From the NCBI GenBank assembly GCA_964431835.1, contig CAYSKO010000010.1:267-64266 (forward strand): a stretch of 64,000 nucleotides of DNA, read 5' to 3'. Made by a program: the position numbers and the translations under genes. The notes beneath the pieces were generated by a model. It did not search any database. It saw nothing but the letters and a program-made list of their open reading frames with translations, and was not told the DNA's origin. The DNA is from an uncultured Planctomycetia bacterium. GTDB lineage: Bacteria > Omnitrophota > Gorgyraeia > 2-02-FULL-51-18. This document shows, piece by piece, positions 24,874 to 36,733 of this stretch (positions within the stretch are counted from its first letter, which is position 1; each line of letters opens with the position of its first letter).

Positions 24874-25893
24874 TTATTTAGTCGATTTCTTGAAGAAGAG
24901 CGCGGCTTCTTCGGCGCGGCCGCGGCGTGCAACGAGCGTCCCCCGCTCGGTGTGGACCACGACGATGTCGTCGAGTCCGAGCGCCACGAGCGGGTGCGAG
25001 GCTTGGTTCACGAAGAGCGCTTTCTTGCAGTCTTTCACGCGCGAGTCGCCTTGGACGCCGTTCCCCGCCGCATCCTTGGCCGATTTATCGTAAAGCATGT
25101 CCCAGTTTCCCATGTCGCACCAGTCCATCGCCGTCTTGAATACGGAAATGTTGCCGGCTTTCTCAAGAAGCGCGTAATCGATGGAGAGATTCGGCAGCTT
25201 TTTATAGCTCGTCTCGAGGTCCTCGAGACGGAAAGAGCTAGGGAATTCAGGCGAGTACCGGCGCATTGCGTCCATGAACGTCTGCGTGCGCCACGTGAAA
25301 ATGCCGGCGTTCCAGAGGAAACCGCCGTCCTTCACGTACTTTTTAGCCTTCGGGAGATCCGGCTTCTCGACGAAACGCTCGACCCGGAAAGCACCCTTAT
25401 GCCCCTTCACGGGCTTCCCCGTTTTAACGTATCCGTAGCCGGTGGCCGGGAACGAGGGCTTGATGCCGATCGTAACGAGCGACGACTCCTTTTCCGCGAG
25501 CGCGATGGCGCCGTTGACGGTGCCGGCGAACGTTTTTTCGTCCTGGATGAGATGGTCTGCCGGGAAGAAGGAGACGATTTCGTTCGCGTCGAAACGACGC
25601 TCGATGCGGGCGCAGGAAAGGTAGATTGCGGCGGCCGTGTTGTTACGCACCGGTTCGATGATCAGGTTCTCTTTGGGGAGCTTGGGGAGTTCCTCGCGGA
25701 TGAACGAGGCATGCTCGGCCGTCGTGACCACGTGGATGTTGCCTTCCCCGTAGACCTTCGCGAGACGCCGTTCGGTTCCGACCAGAAGCGAGGTGCGTCC
25801 GTCGAACCGCAGGCGGTACTTTGGAAAACCGGCGTGCGTCATCGGCCAGAAACGCTCGCCCTGCCCACCGGCCATGATCACCGCTTGCGCCAC
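24874..25893 (-). CDS. Mannose-1-phosphate guanylyltransferase-like sugar-phosphate nucleotidyltransferase
   Basis: 339 aa starting MAQAVIMAGGQGERFWPMT (G-x-G-x-R nucleotidyltransferase loop). It has a left-handed helix C-terminus and no cupin/PMI domain. Confidence 0.75.
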   Translation of the reverse strand: MAQAVIMAGGQGERFWPMTHAGFPKYRLRFDGRTSLLVGTERRLAKVYGEGNIHVVTTAEHASFIREELPKLPKENLIIEPVRNNTAAAIYLSCARIERRFDANEIVSFFPADHLIQDEKTFAGTVNGAIALAEKESSLVTIGIKPSFPATGYGYVKTGKPVKGHKGAFRVERFVEKPDLPKAKKYVKDGGFLWNAGIFTWRTQTFMDAMRRYSPEFPSSFRLEDLETSYKKLPNLSIDYALLEKAGNISVFKTAMDWCDMGNWDMLYDKSAKDAAGNGVQGDSRVKDCKKALFVNQASHPLVALGLDDIVVVHTERGTLVARRGRAEEAALFFKKSTK

Positions 25894-25894
25894 G

Positions 25895-26701
25895 TCAGCT
25901 CCTCCGCTTGCCGAGAGCCGCGGCGAGTGGGCGGACGAACTTCGCCGCGAACGCTCCAGCCGAGAGTTTGGGGTTGGCGTCGATCGCCTTCACGATGGCG
26001 CTCCCGACGATCACGCCGTCCGAGATTTTGCCCATGCGCGCCGCGTCGCCGGGCGTGGAAACGCCGAAGCCGACGCACACGGGTAATTTGCTGACTTTAC
26101 GCGCCTTCGAAAGATGCTCGACGATGGACGGCGCGGCTTTCTGCCGCGCGGCGCCGGTCACGCCCGTGATCGAGACGTAGTACACGAAACCGCGGGAAGC
26201 GCGAGTGACGAGCTTCACGCGGTCGGGCGGGCTCGTCGGCGCCAGGAGATAGACGACGTGGATTCCGTGCTTGGTCATCGTCGCCGAAATCTCCTTCCCT
26301 TCGTCGGGCGGGAGTTCGGGGAAAATGAGGCCGTCCACGCCCGCCGCCTTCGCGTCTTTGGCGAAACGCTCGAGGCCGTAGCGAAGCACCGGATTGAGGT
26401 AGCTCATAAGGAGAAGCGGAAGCTCCGAGCGGCGCCGGATGCGGCGCACGAGTTCCAGGATCTGACGCAGGTTCGTTTTCTTCGCGAGTGAGCGCATGGA
26501 CGCGGCCTGGATCACCGGCCCATCGGCCATCGGATCGGAAAACGGCACTCCGATCTCGAGGAAATCTACGCCTTCCTTCTCGAAGGCCAGCGCGAGCTCC
26601 TCGTTCTTCTTGAGCGAAGGGTCCCCGGCGGTGATAAAAAGGATGAGCGCCTTTTCACGGCGCGCGGCGAGTTCTCGGAATTTCGCGTCGATGCGATTCA
26701 T
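25895..26701 (-). CDS. trpA: Tryptophan synthase alpha chain
   Basis: True start is [28 protein letters not shown]; the ATG overlaps the trpB stop (ATGA). Confidence 0.9.
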   Translation of the reverse strand: MNRIDAKFRELAARREKALILFITAGDPSLKKNEELALAFEKEGVDFLEIGVPFSDPMADGPVIQAASMRSLAKKTNLRQILELVRRIRRRSELPLLLMSYLNPVLRYGLERFAKDAKAAGVDGLIFPELPPDEGKEISATMTKHGIHVVYLLAPTSPPDRVKLVTRASRGFVYYVSITGVTGAARQKAAPSIVEHLSKARKVSKLPVCVGFGVSTPGDAARMGKISDGVIVGSAIVKAIDANPKLSAGAFAAKFVRPLAAALGKRRS

Positions 26702-27906
26702 GCCGTCTTCATCGCCTTGGCGATCTGCGCGACGTCTTTGTCGCCCCGGCCCGAGAGGCAAAGGACGACGACGTCGGATTTCTTGAAGCGCTTCTTGTTC
26801 TTGAGGAGCCAGCCGATGGCGTGGGCCGTCTCGAGCGCCGGAATAATCCCCTCGGTTTCACTGAGAGCCCGAAGACCTTCGAGCGCTTCCGTGTCCGTGA
26901 TCGAATGGTACTCGACGCGGCCTGTGGTCTTGAGATACGCGTGCTCGGGACCGACGCCCGGATAATCGAGCCCCGCAGAAATCGAATGCGCGATTTGGAT
27001 TTGGCCGTCGGCGTTCTGCAGCACTTCGCTCTTCGAGCCGTGTAGCACTCCGATCTTGCCGCCGGTGAGCGTGGCGGCATGAAGGCCGCTCCTCAGTCCG
27101 TGCCCCGCAGCCTCGACCCCGACGAGCTTGGACCTCGTGGACAGAAGCGGGTGGAACATGCCGATGGAGTTTGAGCCACCGCCGACGCAGGCGACGACCC
27201 AGTCGGCTTCGCGAACCCCGTTTCGTTTAAGCTGGGCGGCCGTCTCACGGCCGATCACCGACTGAAAGTCGCGCACGATCATGGGGTACGGATGGGGGCC
27301 GATCACCGAACCGATGATGTAGTGCGTGTCGCGCACGTTCGTGACCCAGTCCCGGATAGCCTCGTTCACGGCGTCCTTCAGGGTCTTCGAGCCGGAAGTC
27401 ACGGGAATGACCTTGGCACCGAGAAGCTTCATGCGGAAAACGTTCAGCGACTGACGCTCGACATCCTCCTCGCCCATATAGACTTCGCATTTGATCCCTA
27501 AAAGAGAACAGATCGTGGCGGTCGCGACGCCGTGCTGGCCCGCGCCGGTTTCCGCGATGACGCGCTTCTTCCCCATCCTCACGGTCAGGAGGCCCTGGCC
27601 GACGGTGTTGTTGATCTTGTGTGCGCCGGTATGATTCAGGTCTTCACGCTTGAGATAAAGCTTTCCGACGCCCAGCCGGGCACCCAGGCGCTTGGCTTCG
27701 GTGAGCTGGGTCGGACGGCCGACGAATTCACGGAGTGTTTTTTCGAGCTCTTTCTTGAAGGAGCGGTCGGCGCGGGCGCTGCGGTACTCGCGCTCGAGCT
27801 CGAGGAGGGCCGCCATCAGGGTTTCGGGGACGTAGCGGCCACCGTACGGGCCGAAATGGCCGTTCCGATCCGGGAGCGGGATGCTTTTTTTACGCGCGTT
27901 TGGCAT
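26698..27906 (-). CDS. trpB: Tryptophan synthase beta chain
   Basis: True start is [34 protein letters not shown] motif HTGAHKINN is present. Confidence 0.9.
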   Translation of the reverse strand: MPNARKKSIPLPDRNGHFGPYGGRYVPETLMAALLELEREYRSARADRSFKKELEKTLREFVGRPTQLTEAKRLGARLGVGKLYLKREDLNHTGAHKINNTVGQGLLTVRMGKKRVIAETGAGQHGVATATICSLLGIKCEVYMGEEDVERQSLNVFRMKLLGAKVIPVTSGSKTLKDAVNEAIRDWVTNVRDTHYIIGSVIGPHPYPMIVRDFQSVIGRETAAQLKRNGVREADWVVACVGGGSNSIGMFHPLLSTRSKLVGVEAAGHGLRSGLHAATLTGGKIGVLHGSKSEVLQNADGQIQIAHSISAGLDYPGVGPEHAYLKTTGRVEYHSITDTEALEGLRALSETEGIIPALETAHAIGWLLKNKKRFKKSDVVVLCLSGRGDKDVAQIAKAMKTA

Positions 27907-28501
27907 GACGAATGAACTCCTCGACGAGCTTAGGGTCTTTCTTTCCGGGGGCGCGCTCGACGCCGCTCGAGGTATCCACCCCGAAAGGCTTGAGAAGGCG
28001 GATCGCCTTGCCCACATTCTTCGCGTTCAGTCCGCCCGAGACGATCATCGGCCGGTCGAAACGCCGCCGCACGAGATCCCAGTCGAACGTCTTTCCCGTT
28101 CCCCCGGCGAGCCCTTCGATACGCGAATCGAACAGGAAGGCGTCGGCCTCGTACTTCGCCGCGACGTCCGCCTCGAAACCGGGCCCGACCCGGAACGCCT
28201 TGATCACGCGGACGTCCCGCATGAGCGTGCGGGCGACCGCGGCGCTTTCCGAGCCGTGAAGCTGGATGTCGGTGAGCCGGCAGCTCTCCGAGATGCGCCG
28301 GACTTTCTCCGGCTTCTCGTCGACGAACACGCCGACCGCGGCGATCCACGGCGGAAGCTCCTCGACGATGCGGCGCACCGTGTCGGGCGTCACCTGCCGC
28401 GGGCTGACGGCGAAAATGAAACCGAGCGCGTCGGCGCCGCTCTCGACCGCGTGGCGCGCGTCCGCCAAATTCGTGATTCCGCAAATCTTCACTCGGGTCA
28501 T
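27890..28501 (-). CDS. trpF: N-(5'-phosphoribosyl)anthranilate isomerase
   Basis: 203 aa starting [15 protein letters not shown]. Confidence 0.9.
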   Translation of the reverse strand: MTRVKICGITNLADARHAVESGADALGFIFAVSPRQVTPDTVRRIVEELPPWIAAVGVFVDEKPEKVRRISESCRLTDIQLHGSESAAVARTLMRDVRVIKAFRVGPGFEADVAAKYEADAFLFDSRIEGLAGGTGKTFDWDLVRRRFDRPMIVSGGLNAKNVGKAIRLLKPFGVDTSSGVERAPGKKDPKLVEEFIRHAKRA

Positions 28502-29289
28502 GCCGGGCCTCCCAAAAGTTTTCTCAGGGCGACCGCGACGTCGTCTTCGCGCATCAAACTCTCTCCTACGAGCGCCGCGTCGACTCCCAGGGTCCTCAAG
28601 TATAGCAAATCCTCGTGTTTTTGGATGCCGCTTTCCGAGACGAGGACGGCCTTGCCGGCAAAGCGGCGGGCGAGGCGTTCGGTCGTCTTGAGATCGACGG
28701 AAAACGTCTTTAGATCGCGATTGTTGATACCTACGAGCGGAGCGCCCGCCTCCTCGGCCTTTTCGGCCTCCGCTTCGTCGTGGATTTCCACGAGGGCGTC
28801 GAGCCCGAGCGAACCGGCGAGCTCCGAGAGCCGGCGGATTTCGGCAACGGAGAGAATAGCCGCGATGAGGAGGATCGCGTCGGCGCCCATGAGACGCGCC
28901 TCCAAAACATGGTACTCCTCGAGCGTGAAATCTTTCCTCAAGATCGGAAGGCTCGACGCGCGGCGCGCGACCCGGAGAGCTTCTTCCGAACCGCCGAAGA
29001 ACGGGCCGTCCGTGAGGACCGAGAGTGCCGCGGCGCCCGCGGATTGGTACGCCAAGGCGATGGCCGCGGGATCAAAATTCTCCCGGAGAACCCCCTTGGA
29101 CGGCGAGCGGTGTTTAACCTCCGAGATCACCGTCACGGAGCCGGTTTTTTTAAGCGCCTTTGCGAAAACGCGCTCCTTAAAAGGAAGTTTGGCCACTTCG
29201 GCGCGCAGGACTTCGATCGGCCGGGTACGGCGGAGCGCCTCGAGCTCCCGGCGCTTCGAAATGACGATCTCGTCCAGAATCGGCGTCAC
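28498..29289 (-). CDS. trpC: Indole-3-glycerol phosphate synthase
   Basis: Reads ...VISEVKHRSPSKG...LRKDF...INNRDL. The start is probably GTG at 29289, overlapping the trpD stop (GTGA); the longer track ORF is an extension. Confidence 0.85.
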   Translation of the reverse strand: MTPILDEIVISKRRELEALRRTRPIEVLRAEVAKLPFKERVFAKALKKTGSVTVISEVKHRSPSKGVLRENFDPAAIALAYQSAGAAALSVLTDGPFFGGSEEALRVARRASSLPILRKDFTLEEYHVLEARLMGADAILLIAAILSVAEIRRLSELAGSLGLDALVEIHDEAEAEKAEEAGAPLVGINNRDLKTFSVDLKTTERLARRFAGKAVLVSESGIQKHEDLLYLRTLGVDAALVGESLMREDDVAVALRKLLGGPA

Positions 29290-30317
29290 GCGTCCCCGGG
29301 CTTCGTTGCGGCGACGATCTTCTCGACGGCGCGGAGCGCCGCGCCGCTCTTCAGCGTCTCCTGCGCGAGAAAAACACCCGCCTTGATCGAACGTGAACGG
29401 CCCGACACGAAAAAAGCCGCTCCGGCGTTCAGGCAAACGATGTCGGACTTGGGGCCCCGCTCACCGGCGAGCACGGCGTGGGCGGCCGCGAGTGCTTCTT
29501 CCTTCGTGGTTACGACGAGATCCTCCACCGAGGAGCGGCGCAGGCCGATATCTTCGGGCGAGACGACGTGGCGGATGATGGAACCGCGATCGACCTCCGC
29601 CACCATCGTTTCGTCGCAGGTTGTCAGCTCGTCCATGCCGTCGCGACCGTGCACGACGAACGCGCGGCGCACTCCAAGATCGACCAAGACGCGGGCGAAT
29701 ATTTCGACGAGCTTCTCGTCATAGACTCCGACGAGTTGGAACGCCGCGCCCGCGGGATTCGCGAGCGGACCAAGAAGGTTGAAAAGGGTCTTTCCCTGGA
29801 TGCGTTTCCGGGCGGGCATCGCGAAACGGGTCGCGGGATGGAAGCGGGGCGCAAAGAAAAAGCCGAAACCGGTCTTCTGGATGCAGCTCTCGACGACAAG
29901 CGGGCCTGGATCGACCGTGACGCCGAGCGCCTCGAGAAGATCGGCGCTGCCGGAGACGCTCGAAACCGAGCGGTTGCCGTGCTTGGCCACGCCGACGCCC
30001 GCTCCGGCACAGACGAGCGAAGCGAGCGTGGAGACGTTCAAAGTGCGGCGCGCGTCTCCGCCGGTTCCGCAGGTGTCGAGAAGCTCGGGGTACGTGCGCG
30101 AAAGAGGAACCGCATACCGGCGCATGACCGCGGCCGCGGCGGCTATTTCGGTGGGCAGCTCTCCCTTTTTGCGGAGCGCAGACAGGAAGCTCTCGATCGC
30201 GTCGTCAGTTGCGTGCCCTCCGACGATAGCTTCCATCGCGGCGGTCATCTCGGTGGCCGTCAGGTCTTTCCGGTGGTCGAGGCGCTTCTGCGCCGCGTCG
30301 AGTCCCGTCGGGCTCAT
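29286..30317 (-). CDS. trpD: Anthranilate phosphoribosyltransferase
   Basis: 343 aa with DTCGTGGD and NLLGPLANP. Confidence 0.9.
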   Translation of the reverse strand: MSPTGLDAAQKRLDHRKDLTATEMTAAMEAIVGGHATDDAIESFLSALRKKGELPTEIAAAAAVMRRYAVPLSRTYPELLDTCGTGGDARRTLNVSTLASLVCAGAGVGVAKHGNRSVSSVSGSADLLEALGVTVDPGPLVVESCIQKTGFGFFFAPRFHPATRFAMPARKRIQGKTLFNLLGPLANPAGAAFQLVGVYDEKLVEIFARVLVDLGVRRAFVVHGRDGMDELTTCDETMVAEVDRGSIIRHVVSPEDIGLRRSSVEDLVVTTKEEALAAAHAVLAGERGPKSDIVCLNAGAAFFVSGRSRSIKAGVFLAQETLKSGAALRAVEKIVAATKPGDA

Positions 30318-30886
30318 CGGCGCGTCAGAGAAAGAAAATTACGCAGGAGATCCTTGCCGGATTGGGTGAGAATCGATTCCGGGTGGAATTGGACGCCGTA
30401 GATGGGAAATTTCCGGTGACGCAGGCCCATGATTTCCTTCTCTTTCGTTTCAGCCGTGATCTCAAGGACCTTCGGGAACGATTTCCGCTCGACCAGGAGC
30501 GAGTGGTAACGCGTCGCGGTGAACGGATTGTCGAGGCCCTTAAAAACACCCTTGCCATCGTGAAGAATCGGCGATGTTTTGCCGTGCATCTGGCGCAGGG
30601 CAATCACGACTTTTCCGCCGAAGACCTCTCCGATGCATTGGTGGCCGAGGCAAACGCCCAAAAGCGGCGTCGTAGGACCGAGCTCGCGGATGAGAGCGTT
30701 CGAAACGCCGGAATCCTTGGGGCTTCCCGGGCCGGGCGAGATCACGATGCGTGAGGGCTTGAGTTTTCGCACGGCGTCGACCGTGATCTGGTCGTTGCGG
30801 ACCACTTTCAGTTCCTGCCCGAGCTCTCCCAGGTACTGAACGAGGTTGTAGGTGAACGAATCGTAATTGTCGACCATAAGAATCAT
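30314..30886 (-). CDS. trpG: Anthranilate synthase component II (glutamine amidotransferase)
   Basis: 190 aa starting [19 protein letters not shown]...GVCLGHQ...FHPES. Confidence 0.9.
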   Translation of the reverse strand: MILMVDNYDSFTYNLVQYLGELGQELKVVRNDQITVDAVRKLKPSRIVISPGPGSPKDSGVSNALIRELGPTTPLLGVCLGHQCIGEVFGGKVVIALRQMHGKTSPILHDGKGVFKGLDNPFTATRYHSLLVERKSFPKVLEITAETKEKEIMGLRHRKFPIYGVQFHPESILTQSGKDLLRNFLSLTRR

Positions 30887-32382
30887 GCGAGCGCCCCGCT
30901 TTCGGCGAATGCGATAGCTTTCATGAGAGCCTTCGCTTTGTTCACGGTTTCGTCGTACTCCTTGTCGGGATCGGAATCCGCCACGATCCCGGCCCCCGCC
31001 TGCGCGTGCGCGACGCCGTCTTTGACGACCACGGTCCGGATCGCGATGCAGGAATCAAGATTCCCCGAATAACTGAAATAGGCGACGACGCCCGCATAGA
31101 GGCCGCGGCGTCTGTTCTCAAGCTCGTCGATGATCTCCATCGCGCGCACTTTCGGAGCGCCCGAGATCGTGCCCGCGGGAAACGTCGCGCGGAGAAGATC
31201 GAAGGCGGTCTTGTTTTTTTGGAGATCCCCCTCCACGTGGCTGACGATGTGCATCACGTGAGAGTAACGCTCGATGGCCATGAACTCGCTCACCTTCACG
31301 CTCTTGTAGTCGCAGACGCGCCCCAGATCGTTCCGGCCGAGATCGACGAGCATGAGATGTTCGGCGCGTTCCTTCGGATCAGCGAGAAGCGACTTCTCGT
31401 GCGCGGCGTCCTCTTCGGGATTACGGCCGCGCGGACGCGTTCCGGCGATGGGGCGAAGTGCCGCGCGTTTGCCGTGGCACCTCACGTGGATCTCGGGCGA
31501 CGAGCCCGCGACCCGGAACGAGCCGCAGTCGAGATAAAAAAGATACGGCGAAGGGTTGATCGAGCGAAGCGCGCGGTACACGTCGAACGCCTCCGAGCGG
31601 ACAGGCGCCTGGAACGCCTGCGAGAGCACGATCTGGAACGCGTCGCCTTTCTTGATGTATTCCTTCGCTTTTTTGACGGCCGCGCAATAGCCCGCCCGCG
31701 TGAAGTTGGATGACACCTCGAGCTTGTCCGCCCGGCCGGCCTTCGAAGCCGAGACGCGCTGAGGGCCGGGCGAGCGCAGGCGGCGCACCTGTGCCTCGAT
31801 ACGCTCGAGCGCGCGGTCGTAGGCGGCGGACGCGTCCTTCGGCGATTCGACGACGGCGTTGGCGATCACCTGAACGTTGCGTTTCAGGTTGTCGAAAGCC
31901 AAGAGCGTATCGGTGAACGCGAAAAGAGAATCGGGAACGCCGAGGGGATCCGGATTCGAATCGGGAACTTTCTCGATGAAGCGCACCGTGTCGTAGCCGA
32001 GATAGCCGACGGCGCCACCAGAGAACGGCGGAAGCCCTTCGACCGGCGCCTGGCGGAAGCGTTTCAGGAGTTTCTCGAGCTCGAAGAGCGGATCGCGCGC
32101 CGTCTCGAACGAGACTTCCTTCTTACCCTTCTCGGAAAGTACGATTTTCCGGCCTTTCGAACGGAAAAGCAGATACGGATCGCCGCCGATGAAAGACCAC
32201 CGCCCGACGTTCGCACCGCCCTCGACCGATTCGAGCAGGAAGGAATAGGGTCGGCCCGCGGTCTTCATGAAGGCGGAGACAGGAGTTTCCATGTCGGCGA
32301 CGACCTCTCGCCGCACGGGGATCACGTTGTAGCGGCGCGCGAGCCGCATGAATGTTTTCTTATCGGGGAATGCTTCGGACAA
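30883..32382 (-). CDS. trpE: Anthranilate synthase component I
   Basis: 499 aa chorismate-binding enzyme (…AGTISGAPK…). Confidence 0.9.
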   Translation of the reverse strand: MSEAFPDKKTFMRLARRYNVIPVRREVVADMETPVSAFMKTAGRPYSFLLESVEGGANVGRWSFIGGDPYLLFRSKGRKIVLSEKGKKEVSFETARDPLFELEKLLKRFRQAPVEGLPPFSGGAVGYLGYDTVRFIEKVPDSNPDPLGVPDSLFAFTDTLLAFDNLKRNVQVIANAVVESPKDASAAYDRALERIEAQVRRLRSPGPQRVSASKAGRADKLEVSSNFTRAGYCAAVKKAKEYIKKGDAFQIVLSQAFQAPVRSEAFDVYRALRSINPSPYLFYLDCGSFRVAGSSPEIHVRCHGKRAALRPIAGTRPRGRNPEEDAAHEKSLLADPKERAEHLMLVDLGRNDLGRVCDYKSVKVSEFMAIERYSHVMHIVSHVEGDLQKNKTAFDLLRATFPAGTISGAPKVRAMEIIDELENRRRGLYAGVVAYFSYSGNLDSCIAIRTVVVKDGVAHAQAGAGIVADSDPDKEYDETVNKAKALMKAIAFAESGALA

Positions 32383-32778
32383 TCAGTACACTTTCTCGGG
32401 ATCGAACACCCGCTCGTCGGTGGTTTTTTGCGTGCCGTCGTCTCCGATCCGGTCGAAGTAGCAACTGAGGAAACCCTTGTGGCAGCCGGCGACCTTCTGG
32501 TCGATCACGAAAAGAAACGACTTGCCCTCGCAGTCCAGGCGGAATTCTTTCACGGCCTGCGTGTGGCCGGACGTTTCGCCTTTTTTCATGAGCTTGTTCT
32601 GCGAACGGCGGAAAAGATGAATGTAACCAGTGTCGAGTGTCGCCCGGAGCGCGATGTCGTTCATGTAGCAAAGTGTGAGCACCTTGCCGGACTTCTCATC
32701 CTGGATGATGGCCGGGATCAGGCCGTCGGCTGCGTATTTGATCTGGGCTTTCACTTTCTCGAATGCCGAATCCGTCAT
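32383..32778 (-). CDS. hisI: Phosphoribosyl-AMP cyclohydrolase
   Basis: 131 aa reading ...GLIPAIIQD...TLCYMN.... The stop directly abuts the trpE start codon. Confidence 0.85.
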   Translation of the reverse strand: MTDSAFEKVKAQIKYAADGLIPAIIQDEKSGKVLTLCYMNDIALRATLDTGYIHLFRRSQNKLMKKGETSGHTQAVKEFRLDCEGKSFLFVIDQKVAGCHKGFLSCYFDRIGDDGTQKTTDERVFDPEKVY

Positions 32779-33520
32779 AAGCGTACCGGAATTCCCTTCT
32801 TTTGGAGGTACCGTTTCGCCGCGCGCACCGTGTGCTCGCGGAAATGGAAAATACTCGCGGCCAGCACCGCGTCCGCCTTCCCCTTCGTGAATCCGTCGGC
32901 GAGATGATCAAGCGTCCCGACGCCGCCGGAGGCGATCACCGGAATGGAAACCGACTCGGAGACGGCGCGGGTCAGCGCGAGGTCGTAACCGGCTTTGGTC
33001 CCGTCGCAGTCCATGCTCGTAAGGAGGATCTCGCCCGCGCCGAGCTTCTCGACGGCCTTCGCCCAAGCGACCGCGTCCTTACCGGTCGCGTTCCTGCCGC
33101 CGTGAGTGAAAACTTCCCAGCGCCCTTTCTTGCCGGGAACGCGGCGCGCGTCGATGGCCACGACCACGCACTGCGAACCAAAACGCGCGGCCGCCTCGCG
33201 GACGAACGAAGGCTTCCGCACGGCGGCCGTGTTGATCGAAACCTTGTCGGCGCCCGCGTTGAGCAGCGTGCGGATATCTTCGACCGAGTTTACGCCCCCG
33301 CCCACCGTCAGCGGCATGAAGACCGTCTCGGCCGTCCGACGCACGACGTCGAGGAGGATCGGTCTCTTCTCGTGAGACGCCGTGATGTCGAGGAAAACGA
33401 GCTCGTCCGCGCCGTCCTTGTCGTAATGGCGTGCGCACTCAACCGGATCCCCCGCGTCCCGCAGCTCCAAGAAGCGAGTTCCCTTGACGACGCGTCCCTC
33501 TTTAACATCCAAGCACGGAA

Positions 33521-33539
<19 letters not shown>
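32775..33539 (-). CDS. hisF: Imidazole glycerol phosphate synthase cyclase subunit
   Basis: Reads [23 protein letters not shown]...; probable GTG start at 33539 overlapping the hisA 3' end. Confidence 0.9.
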
Positions 33540-34248
<709 letters not shown>

Positions 34249-34252
<4 letters not shown>

Positions 34253-34875
34253 TTGGCCTCCGTTTTAAGATCGACGAAATTCTTGATGATGCGCAGTCCG
34301 GCGTCCTGGCTCTTCTCGGGATGGAACTGCGTCGCGTAGACGTTGTCCTTCCAGACGGCGGAAAGGAATTTCCCGCCGTACGGAGTCACCGTGAGCGCCC
34401 AGGAGCGATCGTCGGGAACACCGAAGTACGAATGGACGAAATAGAAATGGTCGTCGGCGCGCACTCCCTTTAAGAGCGGGCAGCCGGACTTCTTCACTTC
34501 CAGCGTGTTCCAGCCCATGTGGGGCACTTTAAGCTTCGTGCGGAAACGCTTCACGGGCCCCGGGATGACGCCGAAACCGGCCACGCGCGAACCTTCTTCG
34601 CTGCGGGAAAAAAGGAGTTGGAGACCGAGGCACAGGCCGAGGTACGGCGTCCCCGCCTCGATCTTTTCGCGGATGGGTTCGACGAGTTTGAGACGCCGGA
34701 GCTCGCGCATCGCCTGGGTAAACGCTCCCACGCCGGGGAGGACGATTTTGTCCGCTTTCTCGATGTCGCGAACGAGCGAAGTGACTTTCGGACGCGCGCC
34801 GGCCGCCTCGAACGCCTTTTGGACGCTCCGCAGGTTGCCCATTCCGTAATCGACGATGGCGATCACGGGTTTCAC
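34249..34875 (-). CDS. hisH: Imidazole glycerol phosphate synthase glutaminase subunit
   Basis: 208 aa starting MKPVIAIVDYGMGNLRSV...GLCLGLQ. Confidence 0.9.
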
Positions 34876-35501
34876 AGGTAACCCTTGGTGGAAGGGACGC
34901 CTCCCTGGCGCGAATCGAAAGCGACGGCTTGATCAAGCGCCTTGGCGAGCGCTTTGAACGCCGCCTCGGCCACGTGATGAGGCTGCTCGCCGGATACGAG
35001 CTCGAGATGCAGCGTGATCCCGGCGTTCTGCGCGAAAGACTCGAAGAAGTGCTTCATGTCTGAGAGCGTGTAGTTCATGGAGTTCGGCTTCATGCGCACG
35101 GCCGGGTGATCGACCCACCGCGTTTTGGCGGTCGTGTGCATGTGGAACGAGCCGCGGCCGGAGATATCAAGCGAGACGCGGACGCCTGCGAGCGCTTCGT
35201 CGAGCGGCGCGCGGAAATCTGCGAACCGGCGGATGCCCTTTTTGTCCCCCACGGCCTTCCGGAACGCCTCGCCGAGCGCGATCGCGACGTCCTCGTTGGT
35301 GTGGTGCGTGTCGATGTCGACGTCGCCCTTGCACCGGACCTTGATGTCGAACATCCCGTGTTTGGCGAGCGCCTCGAGCATGTGGTCGAGAAAACGCACT
35401 CCGGTGCGGATGTCGCCCTTGCCGGAACCGTCGAGATTGAGTTCGAGCGCGATGTCGGTCTCGCGGGTCTTTCGGCCGAGCTTCACGCGGCGGGCGTTCA
35501 T
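34872..35501 (-). CDS. hisB: Imidazoleglycerol-phosphate dehydratase
   Basis: 209 aa with RKTRETDI...HHTNED... motifs. Confidence 0.9.
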   Translation of the reverse strand: MNARRVKLGRKTRETDIALELNLDGSGKGDIRTGVRFLDHMLEALAKHGMFDIKVRCKGDVDIDTHHTNEDVAIALGEAFRKAVGDKKGIRRFADFRAPLDEALAGVRVSLDISGRGSFHMHTTAKTRWVDHPAVRMKPNSMNYTLSDMKHFFESFAQNAGITLHLELVSGEQPHHVAEAAFKALAKALDQAVAFDSRQGGVPSTKGYL

Positions 35502-36733
35502 ACTTTTTTGATCTCCTTGTCGAAGCGAACCTTCACGGACTCCATGTGCCGCGGCAGCCCTTCGAGCGTGGCGAGGTGTTCAACGACCCCCTTCACACGC
35601 TCGAGCGCCTTGCGGTTGTAGGAAATGACGTGCGTGCTCTTCATGAAATCCGAAATACAGATACCCGAGAAGAAACGCGCGGTTCCGTTGGTCGGAAGCA
35701 CGTGGCTTGGCCCCGCGACGTAATCGCCGACGGCGGTCGGCGTGTACGGGCCAACGAAGATGGCACCCGCGTGCTTCACGTCCTTCAATATCCTGTTCGG
35801 ATTCTTCACCATGATCTCGAGATGTTCGGGCGCGATGCGATTGATGACGTCGACGCCTTCGGTCAAGTTTTTGACGTGCACGATCCAGCCACGGGCGGGG
35901 ACCTTCTTCATCGCCTTCGCGAGACGTTTCGAAGTGGTCACGAGGATCGAAGTTCCCTGATGATGTTCGCTCTGCGCCAGAAGATCCGCGGCGACGAAAT
36001 CGGGGTCGGAGTGGTCGTTCGCGAGGATCACGACCTCGGACGGCCCCGCCACCATGTCGATGTCGCAGTACCCGAACACTTGGCGCTTGGCTTCCGCGAC
36101 GTACGAGTTCCCGGGGCCGATGATCTTGTCGACGTGGGGTATCGTCTTCGTCCCGAACGCGAATGCGCCGATCGCCTGTGCGCCGCCAGCCTTGAACACG
36201 CCGTCTACTTTAAGCAGGTTCGCCACCGCCAGGATGTGCGGATCGACACTCTTGTACTTGTTGGGCGGCGTAATGAGGTAAACTTTCTCGACGCCCGCGA
36301 GCTTTGCCGGCAGGACGGTCATGTAGACCGTGGACGGCAGCGGGACGGTGCCCGAGGGAACGTACACGCCGACCGACTCGAGCGGCCGGATCTTCTCGCC
36401 GAGGACGACGCCGTCCTCCGAAAACATCTTCCAGGACTTCTTCGTCTGCTTCTTGTAATACCGGCTCACGTTCTCGACCGCGACCTTCAGCATGGAAACG
36501 AACTCCGGGCTGATGTTTTGGTACGCGCCCGAAATCTCGCCTTCCGTGACGCGGAGTTCCTTCGGCGTAAGTTTCACTTTGTCGAATTTGCGCGTGTAGC
36601 GGATCACGGCGTCGTCGCCGTGGACCCGCACGTCCTCGAGGATCCGGCGAACTTTGTCTTCGACGCGCGGGTTCCTGATCTGCCTTTGAAAGAGGTTCTG
36701 GAATTTCTTCGAACCGGGTCGGATCTGCTTCAA
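35498..36733 (-). CDS. hisD: Histidinol dehydrogenase
   Basis: HisD-family conservation begins around LKQIRPGSKK... (VRRILEDVRVHGDDAVIRYTRKFD). The likely start is TTG, preceded by GAGGTGA and overlapping the alaS stop (TTGA). The 73-codon Arg/Gly-rich upstream extension in the track ORF is not coding. Confidence 0.8.
   Translation of the reverse strand: MKQIRPGSKKFQNLFQRQIRNPRVEDKVRRILEDVRVHGDDAVIRYTRKFDKVKLTPKELRVTEGEISGAYQNISPEFVSMLKVAVENVSRYYKKQTKKSWKMFSEDGVVLGEKIRPLESVGVYVPSGTVPLPSTVYMTVLPAKLAGVEKVYLITPPNKYKSVDPHILAVANLLKVDGVFKAGGAQAIGAFAFGTKTIPHVDKIIGPGNSYVAEAKRQVFGYCDIDMVAGPSEVVILANDHSDPDFVAADLLAQSEHHQGTSILVTTSKRLAKAMKKVPARGWIVHVKNLTEGVDVINRIAPEHLEIMVKNPNRILKDVKHAGAIFVGPYTPTAVGDYVAGPSHVLPTNGTARFFSGICISDFMKSTHVISYNRKALERVKGVVEHLATLEGLPRHMESVKVRFDKEIKKV

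Noticed and set aside
24459-24932. Longer ATG-initiated versions of ruvX (to 24932), trpA (to 26761), trpB (to 28017), trpC (to 29436), hisF (to 33698), hisD (to 36955), thrC (to 13369), pgpA (to 47538), ribF (to 56930), dut (to 53286), the response regulator (to 47048) and coaX (to 1757).
   Set aside because: Each extension is Arg/Gly-rich and non-conserved, and overlaps the upstream gene by tens to hundreds of nt. Conserved family N-termini begin at internal ATG/GTG/TTG codons that overlap the upstream stop by 1-4 nt. The shorter forms are reported.
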